Assembly: GCA_002811645.1 (NCBI GenBank)
Contig: PDIP01000045.1
Coordinates: forward strand, 91,801 to 155,800
Direction of reading: 5' to 3'
DNA: 64,000 bases
DNA from: Corallochytrium limacisporum Hawaii
Lineage: Eukaryota > Protista > Pluriformea
The notes below the pieces were generated by a model. It was not told the DNA's origin. It saw nothing but the letters and a program-made list of their open reading frames with translations, and ran no database searches. Position numbers and translations under genes: made by a program. Position 1 is the first letter of the stretch; the number at the start of each line of letters is the position of its first letter. Shown here piece after piece: positions 10,337 through 23,347 of the stretch.

Positions 10337-13300
10337 CAGTGAGCCGCGGGGGGGGGGGGAGAGTGCAAACGAGATAGGCTAGAGCACCTGCTGTCCTCCC
10401 TATCTTCCCTTTCTGTTTCCTCCGACATAGGGACGCGGATAGTTGCCGATAATCAATGCGAGGGAGGGCTAGAAAGGAAGTCATCGTTCGAAGGCCTCGA
10501 ACAAATATAGACCTGGCTCGGTCTGGTGTGAAGCGTCCGCAGAGAATGAACATATATATTCATAGAATTTCTGTATACTTAATATGTCCCATTTGTTTCC
10601 GACATTACATAGATCTGAAACTGATCAGTCTGCAACCCTCGACCTCCGGGCTGCAAAGAGGTTTTTTGAAACATTTTCGGTTGACTCAGATTCAGAAGAT
10701 TGCTATGTGTGAGAGCGAAGGGGACACGCGTCCGGAAATGGCACGCCTCGCCAGCCACACGGAAAAAAGGAAAAAAAAGAATTGCGTTTGCTCTCTTATT
10801 TGCGGGGGTCAGCGGCTCTGTATGGTTAGGAAACAACCCTTCCCCACCACCCTCCCATTCTTCAATGGTTTCTTCCACAACCATCTCTCAATATGACACT
10901 TCGCCTTGGATTTAGGGGTGTTTTCCATAATTGTTGTCAGTTTCTCGTTCTTTGATGGGTCCGCTGACGGACACTAGCTGGAGAACCCGTCAATGATGGT
11001 CTCAACTGCTGCGCGCAGGCTTCCATTTTCCCTATACATTGACTATAAATTAATTTCATACTGCTGTCGATGCTTTGCGGTTTTGTACGTGCGCTCAGAG
11101 ACGGACCCGAGGCGGCTAATGATTGACCTTCTCCCCTTTGGTCTGTTTTCTCGTTCCTCGCATCTTTTCATTAAAGCTCGCATTTTTTCAGCAGAAGAGC
11201 ATACTATCAACATATAAAAAGTATAGTGGTAAAGGTGAAGGAAACAAAGCAAATGTCCCACGGGGGAGGAATAGGAGAGGGGGGAGAGGGGCCAAATTTT
11301 TTGTTGATGGATTTCGCAGTGGGCCCATAGGTGACCTCTCCTGCACCTTGCTCGCGCAACAGACGTAGCCGCCCTTCAGTTTCTTTCTGTTGACGTTTCC
11401 CTATAGACTTTTGTAGACTCCCTCACAAAGCAGCACGTATAGTTTTCGGAGGATTCTCATTCATTTTTGTTTGTACTGATGCAAGTAGCAGCTGGCTTCG
11501 TATTTTTTCTCGTTCAGGGGTGGACATCAGCTCAGCACTGAGATGACTGTGGCCGATGAACTTCGCCAATACCCCCGCTTCCTCCTATTCTTTCCAACAG
11601 GCGGTTACGCAGAAAATCGAGTGCCGCACACACCAACCACCGCGAAGTGCAGGACCAAATGGGCCTAAAATTTCCTTGGAAATGGAGAAAAAATGACCAA
11701 CTGCATGAAACATGTGGCTCAGTGCAACAGACCAACAACTAAGAAAATTGGAGATGCACACATACCCAAAAAAAAAACTTGCATGCTACTAGGTTTTCTT
11801 CCATATTTTCTCACTGTTCTGAAGTCACAGAGGTACCCTTCTCCGTAATCTCTGCTCTCCTTTTGAATCACTCCTGCCCCCCTCTCTGAGGATAAAAACA
11901 ACCACACTTTTGACTCTTTATGGAGAGCGGGGATGATTTTGATTAAATACAAGTGAAAGAGATGCAACAGCAAATGGGCACGCTACACTATAGAAAGCGA
12001 CAGTTTTACACGCGGCACACGCAAAGGGCCGAATGCCCATAAAAGGACCTGAGGATCCTCAATTTCCATAGTACGTAGCATTGGGAGAGGGTATCAAAAG
12101 ATAAATCAGAATTCTGCCCCTATCGTCGACACACAGGAGAATTCTTTTTATATGAGATTTTCTGGACAGCAAAAAAAAAAAGGAAAATAGAGGAGAGCCG
12201 ACGGGACCTATAGCAACCGCAGTGCACTCATTGACAGCGGAACACTGCAGACACTTTACACCGGAACCATAGTCCCACAGCGACCCGGGCTGTATCGAAG
12301 ACGCACTCTCACACACTCACGCATACCTTCGCCGAGAGAGAGGCGAGTCGTTGAGGAAAGACGGGGCCAAACTCCTACACGGCTCTTAAATGGTTAAAAA
12401 CGAGGGGTCTGTATCTCGATGGTATAAGAAATATGCTGATAATTCTCTATAGCCAGTGAGATGGACATGAGGCGGTGCTACTGCGGTTGGTGTCGGTGCG
12501 TTGTTGTGGCGGTGAGGTAGATACCGAAAACACAAATAGAACCCAGAGAAGAGCAGAGACGAAACCAAACACTCTAACTAAGTTGGTATTCAAAAGGGAG
12601 AGTAAAAAGCAAACGAACTGATCATACGGACGGGGCGGACGAAAGTGTTCTGATGGACTCATACTCAGAAAGCCGTAGACAACGTAGATATGACGCGCGG
12701 TGTTGCAAAAACATTCCAGGTTTGTTAGGTTTTACTTTGCGTTAGTCCAAGAATTAGTTTGGGAGACGGACGGTATCGCTGATTTCGTGTGCCCCTTTAA
12801 TTTTTTTCTTCTTCATTATCACGAGCCGCTATCATTCACGCTATACCTTTATATGCATCTCTGACACAAAATGATGCATCTCTGACCCTGTGGTCGCGTG
12901 TCTCTCGAGGGCAGTGTGCAATTCCTTTCTCGTACACTGACCACTTCGAAATTCGTTTTGAATGCTTCATATACAAAATGTGTGTCGCTCTATGGGTGCC
13001 GACGTGATTTGTCTGTACCCAGGGAAAAAGAAGAACAAATTTTCTCGCCTCGTGTTCCCGGAAAAGCCTTTTTGAGCAATGTTCCTTGCATCAGAGAAAA
13101 GAAGAAAGGGCGCAGACCAATGCCTGTTAGCGAAAAAGAAAGTGGCCGGGAAATCAGTAGGTGAATAGAACGGACGAATAAGGTCTTCGAGTAGGCACGC
13201 ACCCGGTTTCCCCTCTCAGTTGTACATCGGGGAACAGATAACTGGTTTCTCTATCGTACTGCCCGCGGATAAGGGAGGAACTTTATATGTCTAAAGTATG

Positions 13301-16300
13301 TTTCTCCGCCGGACATTTTGGACTTAAAGGGTTATGTTTGTCACTGGCAGACGCAGGAGTCGGCCTTCGATTTGTTTGCGCTTGGCGGGCTCGCCTAGAC
13401 ATCCCTGCTGCCTTTGACAACCGTGCCGCCTATACCAATTATACTGCCTAATTCAAATCACTCTCTCGCACCTTTCCTCCGTCCCCCATCCACTCCTGCA
13501 CCGACATGCTATTGGAATTCTCAAAAAATGATCCAAGCCCGTTCGAGAACGACAGCTCGATACCGCACCGATTCCAGGTTTTCCATAGAAATTTGCAGCT
13601 ATACAACTCCTTTTCAATTTGTTTGAACGCCACTGCCACTAACAGAATTGTCGAGAGCCGAACTCATTGCTCTCTGTCGCGCCTGCTGCTGGATAAAGGC
13701 AGCCACAGCATACCAATCGTGTTTATTTTTTTTTGCGTGTCTCCCGTCCTACAACCAAACAGATTGATAATGGACAACAGCCGAACCGAATTGCCGATGT
13801 CTCCTATTCACCATACTGCTTATTCGATCCAGTTTCGTATTCCCTGTACGAATGTAGTTCGATGTGATAGCAACACTATCGGGCACCGCGATCTCTGTTC
13901 GGTTTGTAGGGGGTTGTGCTCTGAGATGGCAGTCAGCGGGGCAGGGAGGCAAGCAGGGAATTTGCCCCCATTGTCCTTAGATTATTCAATGAGTTTCGTA
14001 TAGATTGGCTATCGGTGATGGAAGGTGAGGTATCGGGGAGAGATATGGTCTGTGGATGATTGAACCCCGTTCTTGTTCCCCGGAGCAGGTTTTTCTACAG
14101 CGCACGGGTACTGACACGACGTCGAATGTTTTTTCTCTGATGCGGACGATGATTCCTCCTTTTCTGCGGCTGATGGACGCCGATCCCCCCCCTCCTTCAT
14201 TGTGAGAAAAGTTCAAAAACATACTCAGTCGTAGGCTATGCGACGACGTGTACAGCAGAGCTTGCGGTCACCGCCATTCGGACTTGGTCTCCGTTGTGCT
14301 CATCCTTCCGACAAGCCCGGTGCTGCGGTGTGGTGGCTTTCTTGATCACCAACAGCAGGTTAGATCCGGGCACCCAAGAAAAAAAACACCCAATGAAAAA
14401 GTGCTGGCGTAATTCATTTTATCGATGTTGTTGCTTTTTCACTCCCGTAGCTGTCGCCCTTTTTCAGCTTGGTCTCCCTTGGCGTACTTCCAAAAGAAGT
14501 TATGTCGACGGCAAAGTGGCTGAACAGTGGTGCGCCTACGTAGTACTGGACATAAACATTGGGAGACTCCCGCGGAGAAAACGGTAAGAAACGGGGGCCA
14601 TGGGCAGGAATTGCAAATGACTGAGCGTGCAGCATCCGCGAGCACATTTATGTCTGCTGAAAGTACTCCGTTCTCTAGTCCTAGGACGGGTTGGTAACCC
14701 GTCATCATCAATTGCTACGTCTTCGTCCAATTTGAGTCATTGGAGAAAACGACATGTGTGTGCCAGTGCTGGTACATTGGCATGGGGAGATAAGACAATG
14801 GGATCGAGAACGATAGAAATTGGCTATCAAACGTGCAAGCCCCCTGAAACCATTCACTCGCCTCCAGCAAGGTGGTGAATTTCTCCTTGTGGGACCGATT
14901 TCTCAGGCTCAATTTGACACATAGCCCGCTTTCCGTATTTACGTGCAAAACCAAGTGCCAGAAATGTGTCTGGATCTCGCAGGTGTGTGTGTGTGACGAT
15001 GGCGGTCTTGATGTAGAACAGGAGGGGTTTAGCTCCCCTCCCCCCCACCCCAAGCATTGTCCGGATTTGGTTCCTTGCCTCAATTTGGTCCGCCTGTTCT
15101 TGAGTATTCCCTTCCTTTTTCTCCCTTCCGCCGCTCCCTTTCTCCAGCGGGTTCCTAGGCTTTTCAGTATAGGGAACCGTAGCAGAACGTAGGGGTAACA
15201 GTGCAACAGGGGCGAGCCACATGGCTTGGGAGACGGGTTCCTTGACTGCGAACTTCTTCCGTACAGCCGGTCTCGTGTGCTCGGGGGGGTACTGTGGTAA
15301 CCTTCTGCAAAATGCTGATGCAGAATTAGAATTGAACCGCACAGACGAGTAGATTCTGAAGACACACACAGTCACAGGTAGCGGAAGAATACTAAAAATC
15401 AAGGACACAAGCAAACGTGATTTGGGACGTAGGCCATGTGCAGACCCACTTGTGGTCTCTCCGTTATCTTTTCCACAACCCTGCCGGAAGATTGACTATC
15501 TCGCCTCCCACCTGAATGCATCCTCTTTGCCGACCTCCTTTTTCTAACTTTGGGCCACGCTGTCATTAAACTTCTATGGAATTTTCTTGTGAAGGAGGAG
15601 ATCCCTGTGAGCTACAAATTGTGGAAACGCAAATCAAAAAAACCGAAAGCAACATTTGAAATTTATTTTCGTTGACCTTATTTTTTACCATTCACTAAGT
15701 ACTGCGTGCCCGAGCAGATTGGCAGACACAGCTCGAGAATACTATGTATGACACCCAAAATGGTCTTGTCCTTGTGCTCGGCATGAGTTTAGAGGGCCGA
15801 TTTCCTGGTCAGGACATCAGACTAATATTCATTACGCTAGGGATAAAGTCTATATAAAGAAAATATCTAGGAGGCAGCAGCGGATAGGGGGAATAAAGAG
15901 AAAGTCTGCACTTCAGGTTTTGCGGTTGGCAGTCTGAACGCCACAATCACATATGTTACATATGGGTCGAGAGTGAGTGATGGGAAAAAAGAACCAGAGA
16001 CATTGCCTGCTGTCTTAGGGCAGAGGCTTGTTGCAAAAGTCAGAGAACCTTAGCATAGCAGTCTGGGATACTGAAAGTGATATAATACAAATACTATGGA
16101 AACCGATCGAGGGCGGGCCGTACGCAAGAACTTGACACCAAGAAACGGAAAAAGAAGAAAGACGGTGTCCTATGTATTACCGTTCTCCCCTCGTCGTCGC
16201 GTTCTGGAGCTTGCTATTGATACGCTACGAATTTCGGGAAAATGTACGAAGTTGTCTGTCATAGTTTAAACAATTTGCTTCTTGTGGAGAAATTTTCTGC

Positions 16301-19268
16301 CCCACGATTGACTATGTTTGCGGGGTATGTGGAAAAGTATGGTAACTCGCCTAGATTGCATAATAGTAATTGCTTAATATCGTTCTCCAAACGTGAAAAG
16401 TGTATATGCTCACCAAGCAATTAATTGGATCTGACCAAATATGTTGTGTTATCGGCGTTTTGTGAGCCTTCTTCCATTGTTTCCAAAATTTTGCCCTCCC
16501 TTCCCCTCGTTTTTTTTTTCCTGGAACCATTCCTTCTTTCGTATGTGAAATTGGCGGAATACGTGAAGTGCTCGAATTTCTTCCGACCGCTCCCAGTCAC
16601 GTCGGAGAGCACGCAACGTGCCCAGAGAACATAGTTTCAATGTCACTTCAATTTCCCTTCCGCATGTCTCCGAGTGATTTGAGCGTGAACACATGAATGT
16701 TCAATACCGGCAAGTGGAGAGGATGCTTACCCCATTCAAGGAAATCCGAAACTGGCAGGCTGGAACTTTGGAAATTCCTGCACTTGATATCATTTCCCAA
16801 TGGGCTGATCTCTCTTCATTCTTGAATTCATGACAGAATAACTGAAGACGGGGATTGTCGGAATAGAAGAATGGTTTCACACTCAGAAGAGACTATCACT
16901 CCTCGCTTCAGATTCAATTCTCACAACAACTTGGACCGCCAACACACACTGCTGGGAGAATACAAATGATGCGCTTTTAATTCATTGCATACCGGAGATT
17001 GAAAAGATTATCCTCCTTTCGAGCAAAAGGAACTGAATGTGTACATTCTGCAAACGGAACGAGTGAAGCAACACTTTGGTTTGAATCGAGTACCACGGTC
17101 TCGTGTTCGTTCCTTTCATTATATAAAGTCAATAGGAAAAAGAAGGGAAGCCGTATCTCCATATCTAATAAATTTGAACGAAGACAAGGGACACCACCGA
17201 ATTAAAAAAAAAATCCCAAAAAAAGTTTAGGCTGCGAATGATGTCCATGCCTTCCCCACCCTGATCAATTTGAGCAACACTTCCACTAGCAAAGTCAAAA
17301 GGACCATATGCTCAAGTTTCAAATGAGGCACCAAGACTCCTCCGTTCGTTTGACTCCCTCCCATTAGTCTGTTTCGTACACAGCGATCGATTTCCTTGCT
17401 GTTGTCCGTTTTGGCTGAAATTAGTCTCGTGTGTCCCAGGCCTTGTGTGACACTTTATGCTCGGAACGTTTGGCCTGCATCCCTGCCCAACTGAGCGATC
17501 CTATGCCTTACTTTGGACAACAGTCAGTCGCGGTGGCGCGGTGTTAACAATACCGGATTCAGCACAGTATGTTGTAGCGTTCATGGAGCACGGGCCACAC
17601 ACACCCCATCAACAGACCCCGGCGCAGACACAGCGGCAGTGTCGGTCAGAATGGCCCGGGCGCAGTAACGCTGCTTCCGCGGTGAAACTGCCACTGACTA
17701 GTGGTGACACAGAAGCTCAAGCAGAGATTTTTGTTTTTCTTCAATGGCAAGACAGCTGGAACACTTTTGGTACTCCCTTGAGATTTTGATTACCCTCTTT
17801 TTCTCAGGTTCTTACCGTTTTGGCCATAGATCCCGGTCCTATTCTCTCTTATTTTCCAAAACGGCCTGTCCCTCGGTCCTGCCCTCTGCTTAGTTTTTGC
17901 TTAGTTTGGCTTAGATCCTGGCGCACAGGAACGTCACAGATGTAGAATATGGAAGCGAAGGGGATTATGGGAGAGAATTGCAAATAACGACAGGTACCGT
18001 GTGGCCGGAGGTGATTCCGCCAATGGTATTGCGCCAATACGCCCACCGGTCTTATGCCGTATTCGTTCTCTCGCTATCCATGTGTAACTTAACTTACAAG
18101 AGCAGTTAAACCTCATGCATTGGTGTGCCAATGCTGCTGTTGCTGTTGAAGGCTGCTGTATGAGCGATGGAATGATGCCGCCATGAGGTGGAACTTCTTG
18201 CTTCCAAGCTGCCATCTCTTGTATGCTTGAGATGTTGAAGTTCACGGTGGCCGTCCGTGACGACCGGACCGAACGATAGTAGCCCTTGGTTGCTGATGGG
18301 ATGTGCCGTCTGTTTCTGTACTTTGAGACAGATTAGATCTCTGTGCATCGTGTCTTTGATGTGACCTGTGTCCCGCTGCTGGGATCCGGGTGCCGTCATT
18401 GTGTACACTGCCTAGATCTGTCAAGTTTTTGAAGGCTCGAAATCTGGGTACTCGCAACACTCTGGTTTAAGGAGTCAAGGTGCACTCAACCGGGGTCCCA
18501 TTCCAATAAGCAACACATTGATCCAAACTTCGAATCACCGGACCCAATAGGTTACCGGCAGCTACACCATCCAGCGCTATCATTATCAGTGGTGTCGTTC
18601 ATCATGAATCCCAGATCTCGAGCATGTATACCATACCTGGAGGTTTTATGAGGCCATCCACTATCGTCATCACCGATCCATCCATCCAAATGGCCATAGA
18701 AGCCAAATCTGGTTGCGGATTCAAAGCCGAACACCCCCACTGACCGACCAAACGGAGATCTGTGGCTCTTATGGCAAAGAATGAATGGAGCCTAAGCAAC
18801 AACCACTGATCGTCATTTTTTTGGCATCGTTTGATAGCGCGGGGTCCAAGATCACGGACACGCCGGCTTTCTTGGTCGCTCCTGCTTCCTGCCAACGTGC
18901 GTGTGTGCTTCCACCGAGTGGACCCATTGCTACAGTCTACCAAACACGGGTGGCGCAAATCACCACCCACCACTCCCGCGCTTCCCCCCCCCCTTCCCTG
19001 TAATTGCGGAAGCCCAAATTAATGGCCGTACGCTTAAGGGCTCCTAGTCTCCTTTCTTCAGCCGAATTCCGCAGATTCACATGAGAGCGTGTGAGGCTGG
19101 AATAATTTGTGGAGAGTGAAAGCAGTGGCTGAGCTGGCGATCGGCAGATGGGTCACCGGGACCCCTACACAATCGTGTGTACGCGTGAGTCTGGCTTGGT
19201 GAGTCTTTTGTCTTACTACTGTTGGCTTCCGCCCCCCCACGGAAGGAAAGAAAAAAGGGGGGCCGGGG

Positions 19269-19490
19269 NNNNNNNNNNNNNNNNNNNNNNNNNNNNNNNN
19301 NNNNNNNNNNNNNNNNNNNNNNNNNNNNNNNNNNNNNNNNNNNNNNNNNNNNNNNNNNNNNNNNNNNNNNNNNNNNNNNNNNNNNNNNNNNNNNNNNNNN
19401 NNNNNNNNNNNNNNNNNNNNNNNNNNNNNNNNNNNNNNNNNNNNNNNNNNNNNNNNNNNNNNNNNNNNNNNNNNNNNNNNNNNNNNNNNN
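19269..19490. other. Assembly gap flanked by G-runs
   Basis: N-run between ...aaggggggccgggg and gggggaagaagggggc. Confidence 0.95.
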
Positions 19491-19743
19491 GGGGGAAGAA
19501 GGGGGCGGTGTTTACGGGCTGCGATTGCGTGGGCCCACCACCGGCCCCACTCAAAGTAGGTCAAATGTGCAGACCGTATTCTAGTGCCCAAGTTTGGCTG
19601 TGTTGCATTTGTACAACTGTGATCTTCGATGATTGTGAAAATGGGGGCAGACTAGTTATCCTTTTTATGTATTCCTTCTGTGTACGCTCTCCAATATCTT
19701 CAACAGTGGGCTGTGCATCCGTTTCCTTCGCTGGTTGCAACAC

Positions 19744-21003
19744 CTAGTGCATGACTTGGCCCGAAGGATTGCGCTGCTGCGTTTTGCGCGAGTTGTACTT
19801 CATGGTCCGATTCGACGTCACTGTGAAGGGTTCGGCATCTAGTAACAACAGACCACCGCTGGCAAGGTCCACACGCGATCGTGCTGAGGTTGCCGATGTG
19901 TCTTCCATGCTTGTAGCGAGCGATGACCGCAGCAAACGACCGCCTCTTGTCCGCGGATGGACTCCAGGCCCTGGCCTACACATGGTGCCTCTGGCCTTGA
20001 CATCACCAATCGTGGCTGTTGGCAGCGTCTTTAGTGACCTGAGCTTCCCGTTGGTGCCCTGGCTGGCATTGCTGCCAAAGCTCTTATGATGTTCCGAGCT
20101 ACTGCTGTCACTCGCTCTGAGGGCAGTCACAGCTGGTGAGGATTTCGACGGTCCATCTGGGCAGTCACTGTCCCGACCGCCTTCGCCTCCCAAAAAACCG
20201 CCAATGTGTCGGCCTTCAGTATGAAATCCGACCAGCTGGTTCTGTTCCGGTTGATCTGCATTATGTTGAGACGGTCCCGGAGAAATCCTTGACCTTCCAT
20301 TGGCAACCGGTAGCCCGGCCCAGCGGACCCCATGTGAATGACGAGTTTCTCGAAGGGCAGTACAGCTTGCGCTGAAGCCAGACGGTGGTTGGGAGGGTTC
20401 GAAGATCTGACGCGGGACCTGCCTGCGGATTGACAAACCGGTGGCATAGCGCTGCTGCCGTTCGCGGATGGCCAGATTCTGCGGGACGTTACGAGTTGGA
20501 ACATCAGCCACGGTCAGACCGAGTGTACCGGCGTCGTCAACCTGTGCGTGGCCAGTGACAAGGACCTGTTGATCTTTAGCCTTGGCGACATCATTCACGG
20601 TGACGGAACCCAGGCTGTGAGCGGTACTGGTAAACGGCGACCCTGAAGAATTTGAGTGATTGGACGAAGTCATGGCCATGCGATTCAGGGCCGCCCGAGA
20701 ATAATCGATGGCCCGAGTCTGCACCCACACAGCCATGCCGTGCTCCTGGAGAGCCCGCATGTTTTCGATCCGCTGCACAGCCTGGCGCACCACCTCATGT
20801 TCCTCGTCCGTGACTTGCTTGGTGTCAATTAGGCGCAGCTTTGGGTTCCGGTAGATCAGGATGCTTGCGAGCGACCTTCTCCGCGACGTGTGTCTCGATG
20901 GATGTGACTTGAGCAGCATCACGTCCCTGTCGACACTGATCCCCCGGGTCGAGACTCTCAAGGTAAACGACCTGGGACAGGGGCTTAGTCCGAACGGGTC
21001 CAC
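19744..21003 (-). CDS. Hypothetical protein or 5'-degraded gene with LRRcap-like motif and Ser/Gly/Arg-rich disordered C-terminus
   Basis: 419-codon open frame, first ATG at 20919. ILIYRNPKLRLIDTKQVTDEE resembles the LRRcap consensus. The frame is closed upstream by TAG in ctttag|gtg, and no intact LRR exon is visible. Confidence 0.45.
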   Translation of the reverse strand: MDPFGLSPCPRSFTLRVSTRGISVDRDVMLLKSHPSRHTSRRRSLASILIYRNPKLRLIDTKQVTDEEHEVVRQAVQRIENMRALQEHGMAVWVQTRAIDYSRAALNRMAMTSSNHSNSSGSPFTSTAHSLGSVTVNDVAKAKDQQVLVTGHAQVDDAGTLGLTVADVPTRNVPQNLAIRERQQRYATGLSIRRQVPRQIFEPSQPPSGFSASCTALRETRHSHGVRWAGLPVANGRSRISPGPSQHNADQPEQNQLVGFHTEGRHIGGFLGGEGGRDSDCPDGPSKSSPAVTALRASDSSSSEHHKSFGSNASQGTNGKLRSLKTLPTATIGDVKARGTMCRPGPGVHPRTRGGRLLRSSLATSMEDTSATSARSRVDLASGGLLLLDAEPFTVTSNRTMKYNSRKTQQRNPSGQVMH

Positions 21004-21460
21004 CTAAAGCTTTCCACTGTTGATGCGCTGTGCTGCTATGTGCTCTATTGCGCGTGCACATTGAATTTTACCCCAGGTAGATACCGGACGGACTACTCCC
21101 TGATGCCAAGTGCTCTAGTGTCCAAGGCTGCAGCCCCTGCCGTATGCATGTGTGTTGGAGATTGGCTGCCGCTGTGTAGCACAATGGACGTTGGCCGGCC
21201 TGCGGGAGCGTGCTGTGAGGCGCCCCTTCCAACCCCCTGTCCCCTCAGCGTGCTCACGAAATCGCGGGTTTGCAAAGATCAATAACATATTGATTCATAT
21301 AGACATATCCGAAGTTACTACCAGTCTGTTAAACTACTGGAGTCGGGTGTGATGTTGTATTGATTGTATAAGATGGCTCCCCCACATTCGGTACCAAAGT
21401 GCCGAAATATCAATATCTACTACACTCAGAAAATAACATTGTACTCTCTTAAGTATTGAT

Positions 21461-22996
21461 CTATTTGTCAACCCCCTCTGGCTCCGGGTCATCAGGGGCA
21501 CCGTCATCATCGCCGTCCATAACCTCTTCTTCGTCTCCATCATCCTTGCCGTTGCTACCTGAGCCCGCTTTATTTTTCTTCTCAGGCTCCTCATCAGGAG
21601 CAACCTCCAGGTGGGCAGGACGCTGCTGGTTGGCTGGCCACCCTTCCAGCTGATGGATGTGGAGACACCGTAGCCAGTCGCGGAACGGAAAGTCTTCCGT
21701 CTCTGCCTTGATGATAGGGGCCCAGATGTACTTTGCCTTGAATGCTTCCAGTTTATCATCCACATCGCCAAACTCCAGATTCATTCTCCCGTCCTTGGCA
21801 CCAAATTTCTTGTTGTACTTTTCGAAGAAAACTTTGTCTAGAATCAACCCCAATCCGGGCACGCGCGGCAGAGCGAATTTGGTGTGCTTGTCAAACGTGC
21901 GAGGCAGCTGGTTGGCTTTGCAGATGCCATGGGTCACCATCAATGCCGTACCAAGCATCTTACGAATGTGATGCAGCATGAAAGACTGACCCTTTACCGT
22001 AAATACGACAAATTCGAGCTCATTCCGAACAAACGGTTCACTAATGTCAAATCTGTGAATGTAGCGACGAACAGAGGGATCTGTGCCGGCCAGGCGGGAT
22101 GTGTAGTTGTGGAAGTTGTGCACGCCCTGGAACTTGCGCAGGGCGTCTCGCATAATATCAAGGTTTTCTTTGGAGACTCGGAATCCACGCAGCTCGTCTA
22201 ATGCAATTTCCTGGATTGCTTGACCCCTCCAACACTTTAGGGCGTAGGTGGGCATTATGTACTGATACTGACGGCTGTCGCACCACTGTCTCGCCCTGAA
22301 ACCCTTCGTAACCTTGCGTGCACCGAAGATACGGATTTGCTCCGGAAGTTTACCGTTGATTTGCTCAATGAATGAATCATCCCAGCGAAGGCGCATGCTA
22401 CAGATTTGCCCTGCGGCACTCACACCCTTATCCGTCCGAGCACTCCGATTCCATTTGAGCTGGAACGGATCTCGATACTGCTCCTTATTGATGACACCCG
22501 CAGCAAGCATTGCGCTGAAGAGCTCGTTCTCGATGCTTGGAACGTTCGGGTTGCGCTGCATGCCCGAGTAGGCCGAACCGTTGTAGGCCATGATAAATCC
22601 AATCTTCATTTTCGGGAATCGGTTTCCTTCTTCATCGAATGCTTTCTCAGGAGCTGCCTTTTCGCCTTCCGCCCATGGCCCGGCAGCATGCTCGTGGCTC
22701 TTCTTCTTCCTCCACGCCGGTACATTTGGATCCTCCGGGTATGGTTGCCCGGTCTCTGTGTTTTCCACAGCCTGCCGCTTTGCGGGTGGATCTTCAGCAA
22801 CTACGGCTTCGCGCTTTCCATCTGTATCTCCCATCCTATTCTGAATCAGTGCTGCCTGCGACCGAAGGAGTGCTTCTCGCCTGGCAAGCTTTCTCTCAAG
22901 CACTAATTTTCCCTCGTGTACGAGTGCTTTGATGTGACCCTGGATTTCCGGGTACTGGCGAAGCGTCGGAAGTGCTGCCTTAAATCTCCAAGCCAT
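21461..22996 (-). CDS. PUS1: tRNA pseudouridine synthase, TruA family (Pus1)
   Basis: YNGSAYSGMQRNP, catalytic ARTDKGVSA, FRARQWCDSRQYQYIMP, FQGVHNFHNYT, GQSFMLHHIRKM, PRVPGLGLIL. Confidence 0.93.
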   Translation of the reverse strand: MAWRFKAALPTLRQYPEIQGHIKALVHEGKLVLERKLARREALLRSQAALIQNRMGDTDGKREAVVAEDPPAKRQAVENTETGQPYPEDPNVPAWRKKKSHEHAAGPWAEGEKAAPEKAFDEEGNRFPKMKIGFIMAYNGSAYSGMQRNPNVPSIENELFSAMLAAGVINKEQYRDPFQLKWNRSARTDKGVSAAGQICSMRLRWDDSFIEQINGKLPEQIRIFGARKVTKGFRARQWCDSRQYQYIMPTYALKCWRGQAIQEIALDELRGFRVSKENLDIMRDALRKFQGVHNFHNYTSRLAGTDPSVRRYIHRFDISEPFVRNELEFVVFTVKGQSFMLHHIRKMLGTALMVTHGICKANQLPRTFDKHTKFALPRVPGLGLILDKVFFEKYNKKFGAKDGRMNLEFGDVDDKLEAFKAKYIWAPIIKAETEDFPFRDWLRCLHIHQLEGWPANQQRPAHLEVAPDEEPEKKNKAGSGSNGKDDGDEEEVMDGDDDGAPDDPEPEGVDK

Positions 22997-23347
22997 GTAT
23001 TTCCTAGGACCATTCTAGACATGGGCGGATCATTCACCAATCGTTTCTCTCTCTGCTTCAGCTAAGCCCATGTATTACGCACAGACAAGAGAAGCCTCAA
23101 ATACCTTGGAAGTAAAGATTAGTATCGAAAACAAAGTAAAATGGTAAGAGGCACTCGGCCGAAACACCTCATAGCATTGTAATCACTACACAGCGCACCC
23201 ACGAGGCGGGCTCAAAGCCGACCCCGGGCGGGGAGAGGGCAGCGCGCACGGCAGGGGCGGAGGGTAGGGGGGGATGGGATCGCAGGCAGCGCTGAAGGAT
23301 ACTGACATGGACTATGATTTCTTTAATTTGATACTGAATGAACGCTA

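Noticed and set aside
10217-10359. Apparent tandem repeat around the N-gap
   Set aside because: The identical flanks are most simply overlapping contig ends broken at a G-run; a biological repeat cannot be supported.
14715-15414. Overlapping 216- and 186-codon minus-strand ORFs
   Set aside because: Non-ATG starts, content derived from microsatellites and homopolymers, no domain features.
23195-23250. tRNA T-arm/B-box-like sequence gcgggctcaaagccgacccc
   Set aside because: No TTC in the loop and no cloverleaf can be built.
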